A stretch of DNA of 58,465 bases from Bigelowiella natans CCMP2755 (taxonomy: Eukaryota > Protista > Cercozoa): contig ADNK01003413.1 in assembly GCA_000320545.1 (NCBI GenBank), forward strand, positions 1 to 58,465, read 5' to 3'. Numbering within the stretch: the stretch's first letter is position 1; each line of letters begins with the position of its first letter. The notes beneath the pieces are model-generated. The model saw nothing but the letters and a program-made list of their open reading frames with translations. It had not been told where the DNA came from and did no database searches. A program made the position numbers and the translations under genes. Below are positions 1-13,078 of this stretch, piece after piece.

Positions 1-3000
1 CATCATCTAAACATCATAATGTAAAAGGGGTTATGGACGGACCCCCTACCACACACGGGGAGACGTTTCCTGTCCAATATGTCCCCAAGGCCCTTGGGCA
101 CCCACATTGGGGTCCCTTGTCGAGGAAGTTGGGACTCCTTTTCTCGACGAAGAAGGGCGGACGCGGGGAACTCCTCAGAGAATTTCTCTTGGCCCAACCG
201 CTTTAGCTCCCCCGGTTCCCGCTGCCCCTGGGGGATCCTACACGTCTCGGGAAGCAGTTTTTGGACGTCCCACTTAAGCTCGATCCTGGGAATTTGATAA
301 AGGGGAAGAAAGGGGGGGGGGGGGGGGGGGCATCATCCAACGGCTCAATATGATCAAAGCGCAGAGGGCAGAGCAGACTAGCCTGTGTGGACTCCTCCAC
401 CACCACCACTGCTTACATACTCGCTCTCCTACCTTGACAGTAGAGCGCATCACGAGGTGGTCGCGATGGAGGGCGCGCTCGACGGCCGCCATCCTACTCC
501 GGGCGCCCCTGCTGGCCCCCCCGAAGAAGTAGGCCGCTGTCCCAAAGTACTTTTCGTACTCTCCCCCGTCGATGCTCCTAGGAGGAAGAGGGGGAGGAAA
601 AACGATTATGATGAAGAAGAAGAAGAAGAAGAAGAAGAAGAAGAAGGAGAAGAAGGAGAAGACGACGACGGATGTCGAATGCGCATATATACTTCAAGGA
701 AAAGAGGGGATGGAGAGGGGAGAGGGGGGAGGGGGGAGGGCGAAACGTAGTTCTTTAGATCTAAATACTTCTGCCGATGCGCCTCAAAGTCCTCCAGGTC
801 CTTGTGGCCCTCGTCCAGCGCGCTGTACACCCTGCAGTTGTCCTTGTTGTAGAGCGGCTCCGCGATGAGGTCCTCCGTCGTGCCCGGCGGGGTCCACTTC
901 CCCTGCTGCCTCTCGCTGAAGTAGTTCGCGAGCGCCATCGGGCTCCGCAGCATATGGAGGACAAAGTTCTCGGTCTCCTGCTTCTTCACCGCCCGGTCGT
1001 TAAACTTGGCCCAGATTCGGCGGTGGTGCGTGGTGTCGATGGCCACCTGGACGAGCGCCTTCACGAACGCCATGCAGAATCGTCGCTGAGCCAACACGCG
1101 GAAGTCGACGCGCTCGACGTCCAGTGCTTGCCTGGCCTTCGCGTACGCCTTCATCGACTGCTCGAAGAGGAGCGTGGTCTCTTCAATGCAGAGGAAGATC
1201 ACGTCCAGCAGCCACTGGCCAGCTTCCTGGAAATGCAGCGCGAAGGAATCCTCCCCGCCCTTGCCGTCGACCCCATTGGTAATGAGGCGTATGAACTCCT
1301 TCCCGCAGCACTGCAGGGGGGACTCGACGCTGTCGTCCTCCTTGATATCCTCCTCCTCCTCCTCGGCCAGGTCGGAGATGGCGTCCCGGGCGAACCGGTA
1401 CATCGCGAAGTCAAACTGCGGGACGAGGGTCTTGGCGTCGATGGGGGCATAGAGGTCCCTCGTGCAGAGCAGCTGGTTGAAGGTCGCGGCGATCTTGGTG
1501 CGGGACTTTCCGCTCCGAATCGCGCGCGAGAAGAGGTTCCACAGGGGCATGTCCTCGCGGATGAGGTCCCGCACCCGCGTCTCCCCGCTCTCCTTCGGGG
1601 TGAGCACGTACTGCACGCACAGCTTGAAGAAGACCTGGAACCGCCGCCGGTCCGCGTCCTCGTTGAGGTCGTACAGGGTGAAGACGAGCTCCTCGAACGC
1701 CGCGCCCCTCCACAGGTCGCCCTGCTTACTTATCTTCTGCAGCTCCTCCTCGCCGACGTTGTTGCGCTTCGCCTCCTTCAGCTTCTCGCGCAGCGTCTTA
1801 AAGATGCCGTGCGTGTACTTGAAGAGCTCAAACACCAGCCGAGGGTTCAAGTAAAGCCTTCCCAGGGCCTGCTCCAGCGGCCCGAGCCCGACGTGGTCGC
1901 TGCTCATAAGCTGCGTGAGCTCCTCGCTATCATCGTTCTCAGAGAGTCCTTGCTCCTTGAGCCGGAGGCGGATCGCCAGCTTCGCGCGCTTGACACGTTC
2001 CTCCAGGCTGTCGAACGACTTGATCATGTGCAGGAACCTCTTCTGGTACTCCGCGTGCAGGAGGTCGATCTTGAGCTCCAGGTCCAAGAGATTCTTGGAG
2101 GAGAGCTCCCGGATGAACGCCGCGGCTGTTTTCTTGGGCATGGCGGAGGAGAAGGAGGAGGAAGAGGAGGAGGAAGAGGAGGACTTTGCAGTGACAGCGC
2201 TGCGCGCCGTGGCGCTGGACGGCCTTCTCCTATTGGTTGGAGAATGCTTGGTGTCAAAGAGCTTCCCTCCCTCCGACTCATTGAATGGAGATGCCTCGTC
2301 GAAGGTGTCGGCTTCTTCTGCAGCCGCCCCCGCCTCCCCTTTGTGCTTCCTCCCCCGGTCCTCCTTCTTGTTATCGAACACGGGAATTTCCCGAGGGTCC
2401 GTCACGACGTGGACGTCATCGCCCAGCCCAAGCTTTCCTCTCGCAGCGTGGCCCCACGCGTACACGTGCCCCGTTTTCCGGTTTACTGCGAACGACTGGC
2501 GCTCCCCCGTGGCGACTCTGTCACAGTCACGGAAGCTCTCCTGCACGTGGGGGGTCGATTTATCATCGAGATAGTGCTCGCTCACTTCGGTCGGGCCGTA
2601 GTCCTTCTTGCTCGCGGAGTCCTTCTCGGCAGGACTGTCCTCCGCGTCGTCGCCCTCGCCAGCCTCCTTCTTCTTGGAGATGTTGCCGACGCCGAGCCTC
2701 CCGTAGGAGGAGGTTCCCCACGAGAGGATCTTGTGCGTGTTCTTGTTCATCTTGAGGACCACGAGGGCGTGCTCGTGCCCCAGGCTGATGTCCACGCACT
2801 CGATGCTGTGCATGGCGAGCGACAGGTTGTTCTTGTTCGGCATCGCGTCATTGAGGAGGACCTTGTGCGGCTTGATGTACCGCTTGGTGGTGATCCCGAT
2901 GAGCTCTCCCCACATGTAGAGCTCCTTCCTCGCCACCACGGCCGCGGACATGTTTTTCCCCGCCGCGATCAGCGTGATGAACGGGTACCGCTCCCTTGAG

Positions 3001-5114
3001 GTCGTGGACTCCATGTAGGCCTTTGGAAAGTCCTCCCACTCGTTCACGTGCCTCAGCTTTGCCTCGTAGACGGTTCGCAGCCCCAGGCCCAGCTGGCTGT
3101 TTTTGTTCTGCCCGGCGGAGAACAGGTACGTGTCGTATTCCGCCTTCTTTGACACGGCCTCCATCGCGAGGACCATCGTGTGGTTGGTCCCGAGCGAGAT
3201 CTCGAAGTCGTAGGGTTTGACGTCCTTCTCTTCGTATTTCTTCTCGTTCTTGCTCGAGTTACCCTTCGGAAGGAAGACCTTGAACAGCTCTCCCTTGACG
3301 ATCTCCGGGTGAATCTGCATCTTATTCCGCTGTCTACCGATCCCTAGCTGCCCCTCGCTGTTCGACCCCCAGACTGCGATCTGGGGGCGCTTTGCGTCCT
3401 CCCCCAGCTCATCGATCGTCGTTCCGCCCAACACAGCTGCGGAATGGTTCCCGCCCGCAGATACTTTGCGGACGTTCGAGCCCTGGAGCGTCTGGATGAG
3501 GGTGGGGTACAACCTGTTCACCTTATCGTTGACGCCGAGCTGCCCGAATTCATTGCAGCCCCAGCTGAAGAGGTTCCCGTCCGATGTGACGGCGAGGGAG
3601 TGGAAGGCGCCGCAGGCAATATCGACAATGCTGTGATTGAGCTGGATCTTCATGGGCGTGGATGCGATGCTCACACTGCCAACTCCCAGTTGCCCGCGGA
3701 AGTTCTCGCCCCAGGCAGTGACCACGTTCCCCTGGCACAAGGCAATGGCGTGCTTGTCCCCCGAATCAACCTTTACGGCCTTGGCCTTGAATTCTTTGTT
3801 GACGGCGGCGATCATCTGGCTGACATTGCTAGCCTCCCCCGCCGATTGGTAATCATATTTCAGCTTGGCCGGGACATCCGTGGTCCAGCTGTCATCCTTT
3901 CCGAAGAAATACCCGCACTTACCCCATGCCCAGAGCTCAATCTTGGCGACCTTGCCATCCTTGTCGGACAGCACCCCGTCGATCCCGATGACCTTGCACA
4001 CGGTGAGCGTCTTCCCGCACACCGCCTCGACCACCTGCAGCTTCTCGTCGACGAGTTTGTACACGGGCTCTGGGATGGGCTGGAAGGTGATGGGGCCGAT
4101 CCCGAGCTTGCCGTATTTACCAGCGCCCCACATGAATAGTGAAACTCCGTCAACAAGTTTTGTGACCGCCAGCGAGTGGTCTTCCCCTGCAGATATGTGC
4201 GTGACGTAGACATGCTTCAGTGCCTGCACACGTTGCGGGGAGGTATGATCGCCCATCCCACCAAGACCTAATCGTCCGGAGCTTCCCGCGCCCCAGGTGT
4301 ACACTTGTCCCTTCTCGTCGAGAACCATCGAGTGCGCCTCTCCGGCTGCGACTTGGACCACCTGATGTCCGGTGCCCCCCACAAACATTTCTATCCGGGT
4401 AGGCTCAGATTTGTTCGTCACGCTTCCATGGCCGAGTCGACCGTTTTTCCCAGACCCCCAGGTGAACACATTGCCATCAGAAGTCAGCACGATGCTGTGC
4501 TGGGATCCAACTGCGACTTGGATGGCCCTCTGCCTAGCACTAATGCCTGTGACCTTTGGCAGGGTGAATGCGATGGGCTGCACTGTGAAAGTGTCGATTC
4601 CGAGGGAACCTTGCTGGGACACTCCCCACGCATACAATACCTGGCCCTTCTTCGACACGGCAACGCTGAAGTTTTCGTAGGAACTACAACTCTCGATCTT
4701 TGGCTCGTTGGCGATACCCTTGCCTTTGGGAAATCTTAGCATCCCGTAAGGAAGATTATGACCAAGTTTCCCCCATCGCTTATCGCCCATACTGACGGAT
4801 GGTATAATAAAGGGGGAAAAGTAATCATTAGGCTTGGAAGTAATTATCGACAGATTTTGCTACCTGTAAAGCTTGTCGTTTGTCACAATCAAGGTATGCT
4901 TGGCTCCAGCCGCCATGTTAACGTCTTTCATACTCTCCACACCCGGAAGATATATAGTCGCGCCATCTACTCCTATTCCTTTCAAGAACCCAAGTTGTCC
5001 AAAGTTGTTCTCGCCCCAACATCTAATAACGGGTCCTTTCTCTTCCTGCTGAAGTATCAGAGTAAATCCTTCCCCACACGAGATCGTGGGGAGTCGTGGC
5101 TCCCCGAGAGCCAT
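1..5114 (-). CDS. Large RCC1-repeat (beta-propeller) protein with a C-terminal coiled-coil/helical region; multi-exon, 3' end runs off the window start, 5' end uncertain
   Basis: Many RCC1 repeats in ORF 606..4790 (VAVGSQHSIVLTSDGNVFTWGSGKNGRLGHG, IACGAFHSLAVTSDGNLFSWGCNEFGQLG). Upstream exon ~4864..5114 is joined by a GT-AG intron at 4792..4863. The main exon probably ends at a donor near 746, with further small exons at ~430-577 and below. Confidence 0.85.
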
Positions 5115-6456
5115 GGTTCTAAACCGCCCGACGTTTGAGACCTATACATTGCCTATCATTAACTTTCGAAAACAAGTAAAATCGCGAGAATTCAACTTGA
5201 AGATGGTGGCGAGGGTGCAGGGAGCAGAAATTTATTTTCCGCTCACTCGCCAAGAAAAAGATCACAGTGAAAGTTGATATTTTTATTCCATGGCAACACA
5301 CTTCTATCTCGTCACAAGTTGGGAAAGGATCGTGGCTGAAATTATCACATCCATTATAGGATGGCTTCGTAGCACAGATTTCCTTCAAGCATTGCTGATT
5401 CTGCAATCTTTGATCTCGCAACACACGCTACAAATACATGCATCTTGCTCGGTTGCAATTGACATCATTCAACATGTTTCATCTTTCTCAAAAGTGGCTG
5501 GAAAACTTAGAGGGATTCTTCAATTGCCATCTCTTCCCTGCGAACTGCAATGAGGACATGCAGGGATTGCGCTCCATGCTTACCTTCTTGGAAAGACTCC
5601 ACACTGAAGCGCTAACAGGTTAGCTTATTGTGTTCAGGCACGATCATTCACAGACACAACTACTGCATGTGGGAGGCCAGCAAATGCGTCAAAATCCCAA
5701 AATGCAATCCCAAAATTACATAATTTCACTGTTATAACTTGACGTACTAAAAAATACTTCACCCTCCCGATAATGGTTTCATCTGAAATCGAAACTAGTG
5801 TTCCTCAGCAACTGACGACCTGTTTCAACAGTTTTATCGAGAATCTCCCCGTGTTTTCGCCGTCTCAGGGCAAATATTGTTGTCGCAGACTAAAAGTATG
5901 CGAAATATAAAGCTGGTAGAAGGCATATCAGAGAATCTGAACCACCAGCCCCTGATCATCGGGGGAATCCCGTGGTGTATTTCTTGGAGAAATGTACGAA
6001 AAATCTTCAAAATTGCCGGTGATGCGGGACGAGAATCCACCTTTCTTTTGCACCTAATCCAATGCAGAGAAAAGATATTCTGATTTTTCAGCCTAGACGG
6101 CAAGCATTTTCCCGAGAAGGACGAAATTCGCCTAGATTTTCCGAGTTTCGCGTGCGAAATGCCGCAAAACGCGATATTTTAGGCTGGGAGATGCAGCGAC
6201 GGATGAGCCTGAAAGCATGCTTCAGACTTAAAGACCGACAAACTTTCAGCCTCAATCCCACCAAGGAAGAAGTCCCTTCTTCGACCAGATTTGTTGTTGG
6301 TTGCACAAGGAGGGGACCCGCTGGACTGGGAGTGGCAATCAATTGAAGGAGATTACATCGTAGAAGGCCACTGGGAAACGAACTTGGAGAGAGGGGAAGG
6401 AAGGTTAGAGTAGCGTTGAGTGGTAAAGTTCCAAGGAGGTTGAGAAGGAGATAGAC

Positions 6457-8574
6457 ATGTCAGCAAACTGCACCGCGCCCTGCATACTCGACTCGCAATG
6501 CCCATCCTGTGATTGCTCTGAAACCTCCGGGGGAACATCAATTGGTGCCATCCTTGCTCTTCCCGTCCTCCTAATACTGTCTGGTCTATTCTCGGGACTC
6601 AATCTGGGCCTCCTATCCCTGGACAACATCGGACTTGAAATTGTTCTCAGCGCAGGAACAGAGGCCGAGAAGACGTACGCCGGAGGCCTAGTCCCCTTGC
6701 GGAAGAATGGAAACCTACTCCTATGCACACTTCTTTTAGGAAATACAGCTGTGAATGCAGTGCTGGCAGTTTTAATGGCTGATCTGACCGGCGGCATAGT
6801 TGGTACAACTGCAGTCACCTTCGGGATTGTTATTTTTGGGGAAATCATCCCGCAGTCCATATGTTCGCGGCACGGGCTCGCCATTGGATACTACACAAGA
6901 TATGTTGTCGTTTTCTTTATGGTTGCCTTGTACTTGATCGCGGCCCCGATCTCTTGGGTCCTGGATTACGTGCTCGAAGAAGAGATCGGCAATGTGTATA
7001 ACCGAGAGCAGATGATGAAGCTGTTCGAGGTGCACGCCAGAAAAAACTACGGGGATCTCATCAACGATGAGATCACAATTCTTAAGGGTGTTTTGCAACT
7101 GGGGAAGACTACGGTTGAGAAGATCATGACCCCCATCGATCAGGTCTTCATGCTCGACGTGAACGCGAGGATGGACTATAAGACCATGGCCAAGATACTT
7201 GCAAAGGGCCACAGCAGGATACCTGTTTACGATGGCGATATTAATAACGTCTACAAGCTCTTGCTGGTGAAGAATATGATCATGCTCAACCCCGGGGATG
7301 AAGTCCCCCTCCGCAACTTGCTGCAGGAAGGGTTTCCCGAGCCCCTCTATGTGCGCCCCGGGATCACCCTGGACCAGATGCTGAATGAATTCCAGGATGG
7401 GGGCTCCCATCTCGCCATCGTTTCAGAGGACGCTATGGAATACAAGAGCTCCGATCTCAAAAAGGAGGGGAAGGACGGGACGCGCAGCATAGTTCCTGTG
7501 AAATCAAGGCGGAACCTGGGGATTGTGACTCTGGAAGATGTGATCGAGACGATGATTCAAGAGCCGATCAAAGACGAAACGGAGGGGCCCGATACCCAAA
7601 ACATCGGTCAAAAATTCCTGAAGGTCCTCAATAGAAAGAACAAGTTCAAGTCTTCGACGTTGAGTACCACCGAAGGCCGCGCGATCTCGTCCTTCCTGCA
7701 AGGCATGTTCGACCCGTTCCGCCCCGATGTCATCGGCACCCTTGCCGTGGAAAAGCTCGTCCAGAGCTCCGAAACCGTCGATCTCCAGCCCGACGACAGA
7801 ACCCGCAGCAACAATGTGTACACGGCCGGGGAGCCCGCCAACTTCTGCTGTTTGATCCTCGACGGGTCTCTGCGTATCAAGGTCGGGCTGCAGCAGTTCA
7901 CATCCGACGCCGGCGTCTGGAAGATGCTGGCTCTGCACTCTCTCACTGAGAAAAACTATGTTCCTGATTTCACGGCAACGGTGGTGAAGGAATGCACCAT
8001 CCTGAAGATTACCCGCGCTGATTACGAGGCCGTCATTGAAGGGAAAACCTTGCAGCCCCGTGGTCCGCCTCAGAAAGGGCTCCAGCAAGAGCGGAAATCG
8101 GTCGTGAAGAAAATATACACGCCGACTGTGAAGAGCCTCAGGAGAGAATACGGAAACGAAATCGAGTTCGAGGAGGAACTCAAGAAAGGTTCTTCCAAGC
8201 CGTTGCTTCGTAGTCCGCCAGAGGAGGGAGACCTCCAGACACGGAGCATGAGCGCAGGGATCATTATGAATCGTGAGAAACGCGGGAGCAGGGGCGCGCG
8301 AAGCAGCAGAGCACCGTCACATGGGGGTAGCATAAGCGGCAATCGCGGAAGCGACAGGTCTTTGAGGGACTCGAATGCCATCCAAATGACTGCGATGGGC
8401 GCTGTTGCGGAAGAGGCAGAGGGTGAGATGGAGGCTGAGGACGATGAAAAGCAATCAAGAAGGGGTGGAAGGTCATTCCTAACGCGTTCAGGAAGAGCAG
8501 GATCAGAAGGGCTGCTGGGAAGAAACCGGGCCAGCAGTGATGAGGTGTCGAGTCGCCAATCTACCTTGAAATGA
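6457..8574 (+). CDS. CNNM/CorC-family metal (Mg2+) transporter: DUF21 transmembrane domain, CBS pair and cyclic-nucleotide-binding-homology domain
   Basis: Uninterrupted 705-aa ORF with LSGLFSGLNLGLLSLD, LLCTLLLGNTAVN, FGEIIPQSICSRHGL, GHSRIPVY, GIVTLEDVIE and a CNBH-like segment (LILDGSLRIKVG...YVPDFTATV). Confidence 0.93.
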   Translation: MSANCTAPCILDSQCPSCDCSETSGGTSIGAILALPVLLILSGLFSGLNLGLLSLDNIGLEIVLSAGTEAEKTYAGGLVPLRKNGNLLLCTLLLGNTAVNAVLAVLMADLTGGIVGTTAVTFGIVIFGEIIPQSICSRHGLAIGYYTRYVVVFFMVALYLIAAPISWVLDYVLEEEIGNVYNREQMMKLFEVHARKNYGDLINDEITILKGVLQLGKTTVEKIMTPIDQVFMLDVNARMDYKTMAKILAKGHSRIPVYDGDINNVYKLLLVKNMIMLNPGDEVPLRNLLQEGFPEPLYVRPGITLDQMLNEFQDGGSHLAIVSEDAMEYKSSDLKKEGKDGTRSIVPVKSRRNLGIVTLEDVIETMIQEPIKDETEGPDTQNIGQKFLKVLNRKNKFKSSTLSTTEGRAISSFLQGMFDPFRPDVIGTLAVEKLVQSSETVDLQPDDRTRSNNVYTAGEPANFCCLILDGSLRIKVGLQQFTSDAGVWKMLALHSLTEKNYVPDFTATVVKECTILKITRADYEAVIEGKTLQPRGPPQKGLQQERKSVVKKIYTPTVKSLRREYGNEIEFEEELKKGSSKPLLRSPPEEGDLQTRSMSAGIIMNREKRGSRGARSSRAPSHGGSISGNRGSDRSLRDSNAIQMTAMGAVAEEAEGEMEAEDDEKQSRRGGRSFLTRSGRAGSEGLLGRNRASSDEVSSRQSTLK

Positions 8575-8579
8575 TGATA

Positions 8580-8610
<31 letters not shown>

Positions 8611-9333
8611 CTAGAGAGGGATTGAATTTTCACATCATGGATCGTACATCTGGTATCTAAGATTAGATTCAAAGCATGTGGGGAAAAGCTACGTTCAACA
8701 CCCCTGCTGGTGCAGATGCATAGCTTTGCTCCCGTCGCCATTATTTGCTAGCAACATGCAACAAACGCCATTTGTGCGTCGCACGGACACGTATCTCATA
8801 TCATGCTAAGCGTAGTTAGTGAGAACAGAATCTGATGTACTGAACTACGGACACGTGGACTCGCGCTAATACGCTGCTAGCTAAAATGGCGAGGTAGATG
8901 TCGCTGCTTCCCATTCATTTGCTAGGCTGCTCCACCACAGCCGATCAGCCTGTCTAGCTGTACTGGTGCTACATGGCCCAACGGCAGGTATAATCATCTA
9001 AGCATGTAAGCAACGCGGTCGGCTTAATCCCAGCACAGGCATATATCACGCTTGCATACGTGCATACATTGTCGCGGGCTAGCGGGGGCCACAGCTAGAC
9101 AGTAGCAGAGCCAGCAGTCTAGCAGTGCACACATGCAGCTGTTATGCATTCTATAGCATGTGCTGCATCAATCCGACTGCAATTGCCTATACAGCTAGCG
9201 CGCATCGCTGGATTGACAGGATACGATCTACAGTGTTGAGATGTTTAGTCATATAGTACGTCACCGGCTAGCCGGGTGTACATGTTTTATCTCCACACGT
9301 GGGCGCGTAGGCGCTATTTTCCCTCAGCTCTTG

Positions 9334-11465
9334 TCAGGCGTCCTCTCGAACAATTTTCAGAAAGTTCGAAAGATTGCTCTGTACCAGGCCGTCCTTGGGA
9401 CTGGTGGCCTTCTTCTTGAGCCGTTTACGCTGCCTCGATTTTGACTCGTTATCAGCAGTTTTCACCTTGGTTCTATTGTTGGAGGGCCTTTTACGACTGC
9501 CGTGTTTTTTAACAATTTTCTTGGCCTCATCTTTACTTGTATCTTTACGGCGCACTTCACCTGAAAAGGGGGGGGGCTTGAATTAGGAGCACAGTAGACA
9601 TGGGGCATTCTACTAGGAGAATAAAGATGTAATTACCGATGGATTTCCGAGCGAATTTATACGCCTCAGAATGATCCACGATGGGCTTCGGGTAATCTTT
9701 GCCAATGATGCACGCAACTTCCTCCTGCACACTCGCCGGCATCTTCCACGGCTCAAAGATGTACTTCTTGGGTACCTACGGCAGCAATTCAGAGAGAGGA
9801 AAAAATCAGGGAAGATGCTACGTGGGCGCATAGTATTACATCAGCAAGCTCCGTGACGTATCGCCTCACAAAGACGCCATCCTTGTCGTGGTCTTTGGCC
9901 TGCTTTACGGGGTTGTAGATCCTCAGGGAGTTGATGCCAGTCGTCCCGGATTGCATTTGGAACTGCGGGTAGTGGATGCCGGGCTCGTAGTCAAGAAAGT
10001 GCTTCGAGAGGAAGCGCGATGTTGGCCTCCAGTCGAGCCACAGGTTGTAAGAGGCGAAGGACACCAGCATGGCCCTCATGCGGAAGTTGACCCACCCACC
10101 ATTGTGGAGGCACCTCATCACGGCGTCTACCATCGGGTACCCGGTTCGCCCAGAGCACCAGGCGTCAAACTTGTGGCGGACCTCGACATCGGCCCCGCTA
10201 ATGCTGTAGCTTTCCTTGCGCAACACGTCATATGCGCGGCACATGTTCTCGTACTCGATCTCGGGCTCGTCCTCCAGCTTCTGCATGAAGTGCGATCTCC
10301 ATCGCAGCCTGGCTTCGAAAGCGACCAGGTCGCGCGGCCAGGTCGAGCCCTTCACCTTCGGACCCGCTGACAGCCGCATTCTCAATAGCTTTATCGCTTT
10401 GTAGACTGTTTTCAGTGATATGTGTCCCCAGGTAAGGTAGGGTGACAAGCGAGAGCAGCCTTCCCATGCCGTATTCGGGCTGCTCACATTTTTCCCATAC
10501 CCCACACTGCGCTTTCCCTCCGTGAACGTACGAAGCAATTCCTGTGCCCTGGACTCTCCGCCACCCATGGCCTCAGGTTTGCGATCACGATCTATTCCCA
10601 AATCCTCCTCCCACAGAAAGGCAGGCGCACCTGCAGAAGAAGCTCGCCGGCTTCGTGAATTCGATTCTGATGCTGAAGCCTCCCGCGTTGTTGTGGTGCT
10701 GGGGGGGGTCTTCATGCTCGTTTGATTCAGACATAAGCACAGATTCTGCAATGACGATGGTGGCGGTAGACAGGGCCTTTCCATAAGCCGCTTCCACTTC
10801 GCGGCCCACCCATCTCTCGTTTTCAGCTCGCGAAAGACTCCGGTGTGGTTGAACCACTTGATCGTGACACGGTGCTTCGCAGCCCAGGACTCCACCCGCT
10901 TCGTTCTTTCCAGAGCTACCCTATTGCCGGTCTCCCAGTGGGCCATGATGCACTTCAAATTGTACTCGCATCTCGAGGGGGTGTCGTCGGTCTCGTGTCC
11001 ATTCGTGGAGCTCCCAAGATGGCTACAATCTACCTTCCCATGGAAGGGCGTTGGGTTGAGCGTTTCGAATATCTGAGGTAGTTCTCCATGTTGGGTCACT
11101 AAGCATCCACCGAGAGCCCGGACTTTGTCATTGAACTGGTGTTACGTTTCAGGTTATATAAACAGCGAGGAGAAGAAGAATCGTATACCTCCATCAGCCC
11201 GTCATTGATGAACTTGAGCTGCGACGACGAGAAATCATGCGATCGCGTTATATCCGGCTCATAGACGTAGATTAGCATCACATACTTAAATTTCCTAAAG
11301 ATCATATCACACGTTGCTTTGTAAAAAAGAATATCCCATCGGAATAGAAATTTGGCACCCTTGTTTTATCCCCTCCAGCGCACTGTGCAGCGGCTCGTGA
11401 TCACACAAGCGCACATCACGCCTGAGCCAAACCATGACATAATCGGCAGCCCGCGAGGCATCCAT
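9334..11465 (-). CDS. DNA photolyase/cryptochrome family protein (bacterial-type subfamily), multi-exon
   Basis: N-terminal [18 protein letters not shown]-binding motifs [77 protein letters not shown]-terminal exons [12 protein letters not shown] and KKHGSRK. Start codon uncertain. Confidence 0.9.
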
Positions 11466-13078
11466 GTGGATCTCACTCTCCCTCCTGTCGCAGAACGAAC
11501 TTCCGACGCTGCAACCGTTCAGAGACGCGACCCACAGCGCAAGCACCAATCCAACTAGCACAGCGATTCAAATTGCACGCTGATAGCAACACAGCTGGGT
11601 CAGGTCGGGTTACCAAAAAACAACGTAGGTCAATTCCTCTGTTGTCATGGAGTCACTTACCAAGCGCAGCTGCAAAGAACGAAGCAACCAACGGAAGTCG
11701 TATGGCTCCCACTGTTCCACGTGGGCGTGGCGAGGGACAGAATATTTCCCCAAAATCCCAGTGAAATCATTGGAAATCACCTGGGATTCAGGAATTTGCG
11801 CACATTCCCTCTTCCTTTTGTTCTGCGACATGGGATTTCGAATCCGACGCGGATGAAATGATTTGTGTTTTTGGAAACGTTGAAATGTTGAGCGGGAGAA
11901 TCGGCAAAACGAATGATGTTTTTGCGTTGCGACAGGGAAAAAGACTTGCCAGCAACGAGTCTGTCGACCCTTCATGCCGCCACTCCGCTTCGTGCTGCAC
12001 ACTGACAACCCAACCGGTCTGATGCAAGAGTTTCTTGGTCACAGCTCCAGTTTCCAAAAGCGTTCGCTCCAAAAATTCTGTCCCATGAGCTCTTTTTGCT
12101 CTGTCAAAGTCATTTGAATGGGACACGATCAGAGCTGATTGAAGCGATGAATCACGTGAGTTGGGAGGCGGGTGCGTTCGATCGATCGGAGAATTCGGGC
12201 ACACATTGTTTTTGATGCCATGGCTCTGACGCAACTTTGCAGATGTGATTGAAATGTGAAGAATTGCAAGGCAGTGGAGAGAAGAAAGGGCCCGAAAGGC
12301 AACAATTGCAAAAGAAAGGCAGGAAAAACAGGCACAACCCACAACTGGTTCCGTGTCACTTTGCGACGCCAGCAGAACTCAAAAGATGTCACACCAAACT
12401 TGTTGTGCCGCTGCAGCGTGGCAGAACTAAAAAGACATCCCACCAAGCGCTGGTGAAGCATGTGATCTGTGCCACATGCAAATTGCTCGCCACACTTGCG
12501 ACGCCGCGCTTTTTGCGGCAAGCTGCAATTTGTGCAATGCTGACTGGTGATTTCTGCATCACAACTGCTGGTGAAAGCTAGATGCAGACGTGCACAGCTA
12601 GCAGACAGTTGCATGGAGAGACAGAGTTGCATTTGTGTTGCAACTGCGATGCTGCACGAGCAAAAATTGTCACAAAATCACGTGCAGCAAACAAACTTGT
12701 CTCCGTTTGCTCAGTTGCACAGCACACGCAGTGAGCGTGCATGATGCTGGTGATGGCGCGCATCTGCTCCGCCTGCATGTGCATTTTTTCGAGCTCATGC
12801 ATGACAACCGCCTCCCTCCCCCGCCAACCATCATCATCTGATCAACATCACGTGCATGATCATGGCACTGCTGCCACTGCTGCTGGTGCTGCTGCTGCTA
12901 CCGCTAGGTGAAGCGTTTGATTGTGGTCGATCCCAACGATGGGCGTCCCATTTCTCAATTCATTGGATGTCACCTCCCCATCGTGATGACAGTGCGCGCT
13001 TCTGGATGCAGTCGCAGTGCTCACATTCGTCGCAATGATGGTAGGAAGAGAGGAAGAAGAAGAAGAGCAACAACAACA

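Noticed and set aside
777-2999. 740-aa plus-strand ORF
   Set aside because: It is the antisense shadow of the GC3-rich RCC1 exon and has no recognisable motifs.
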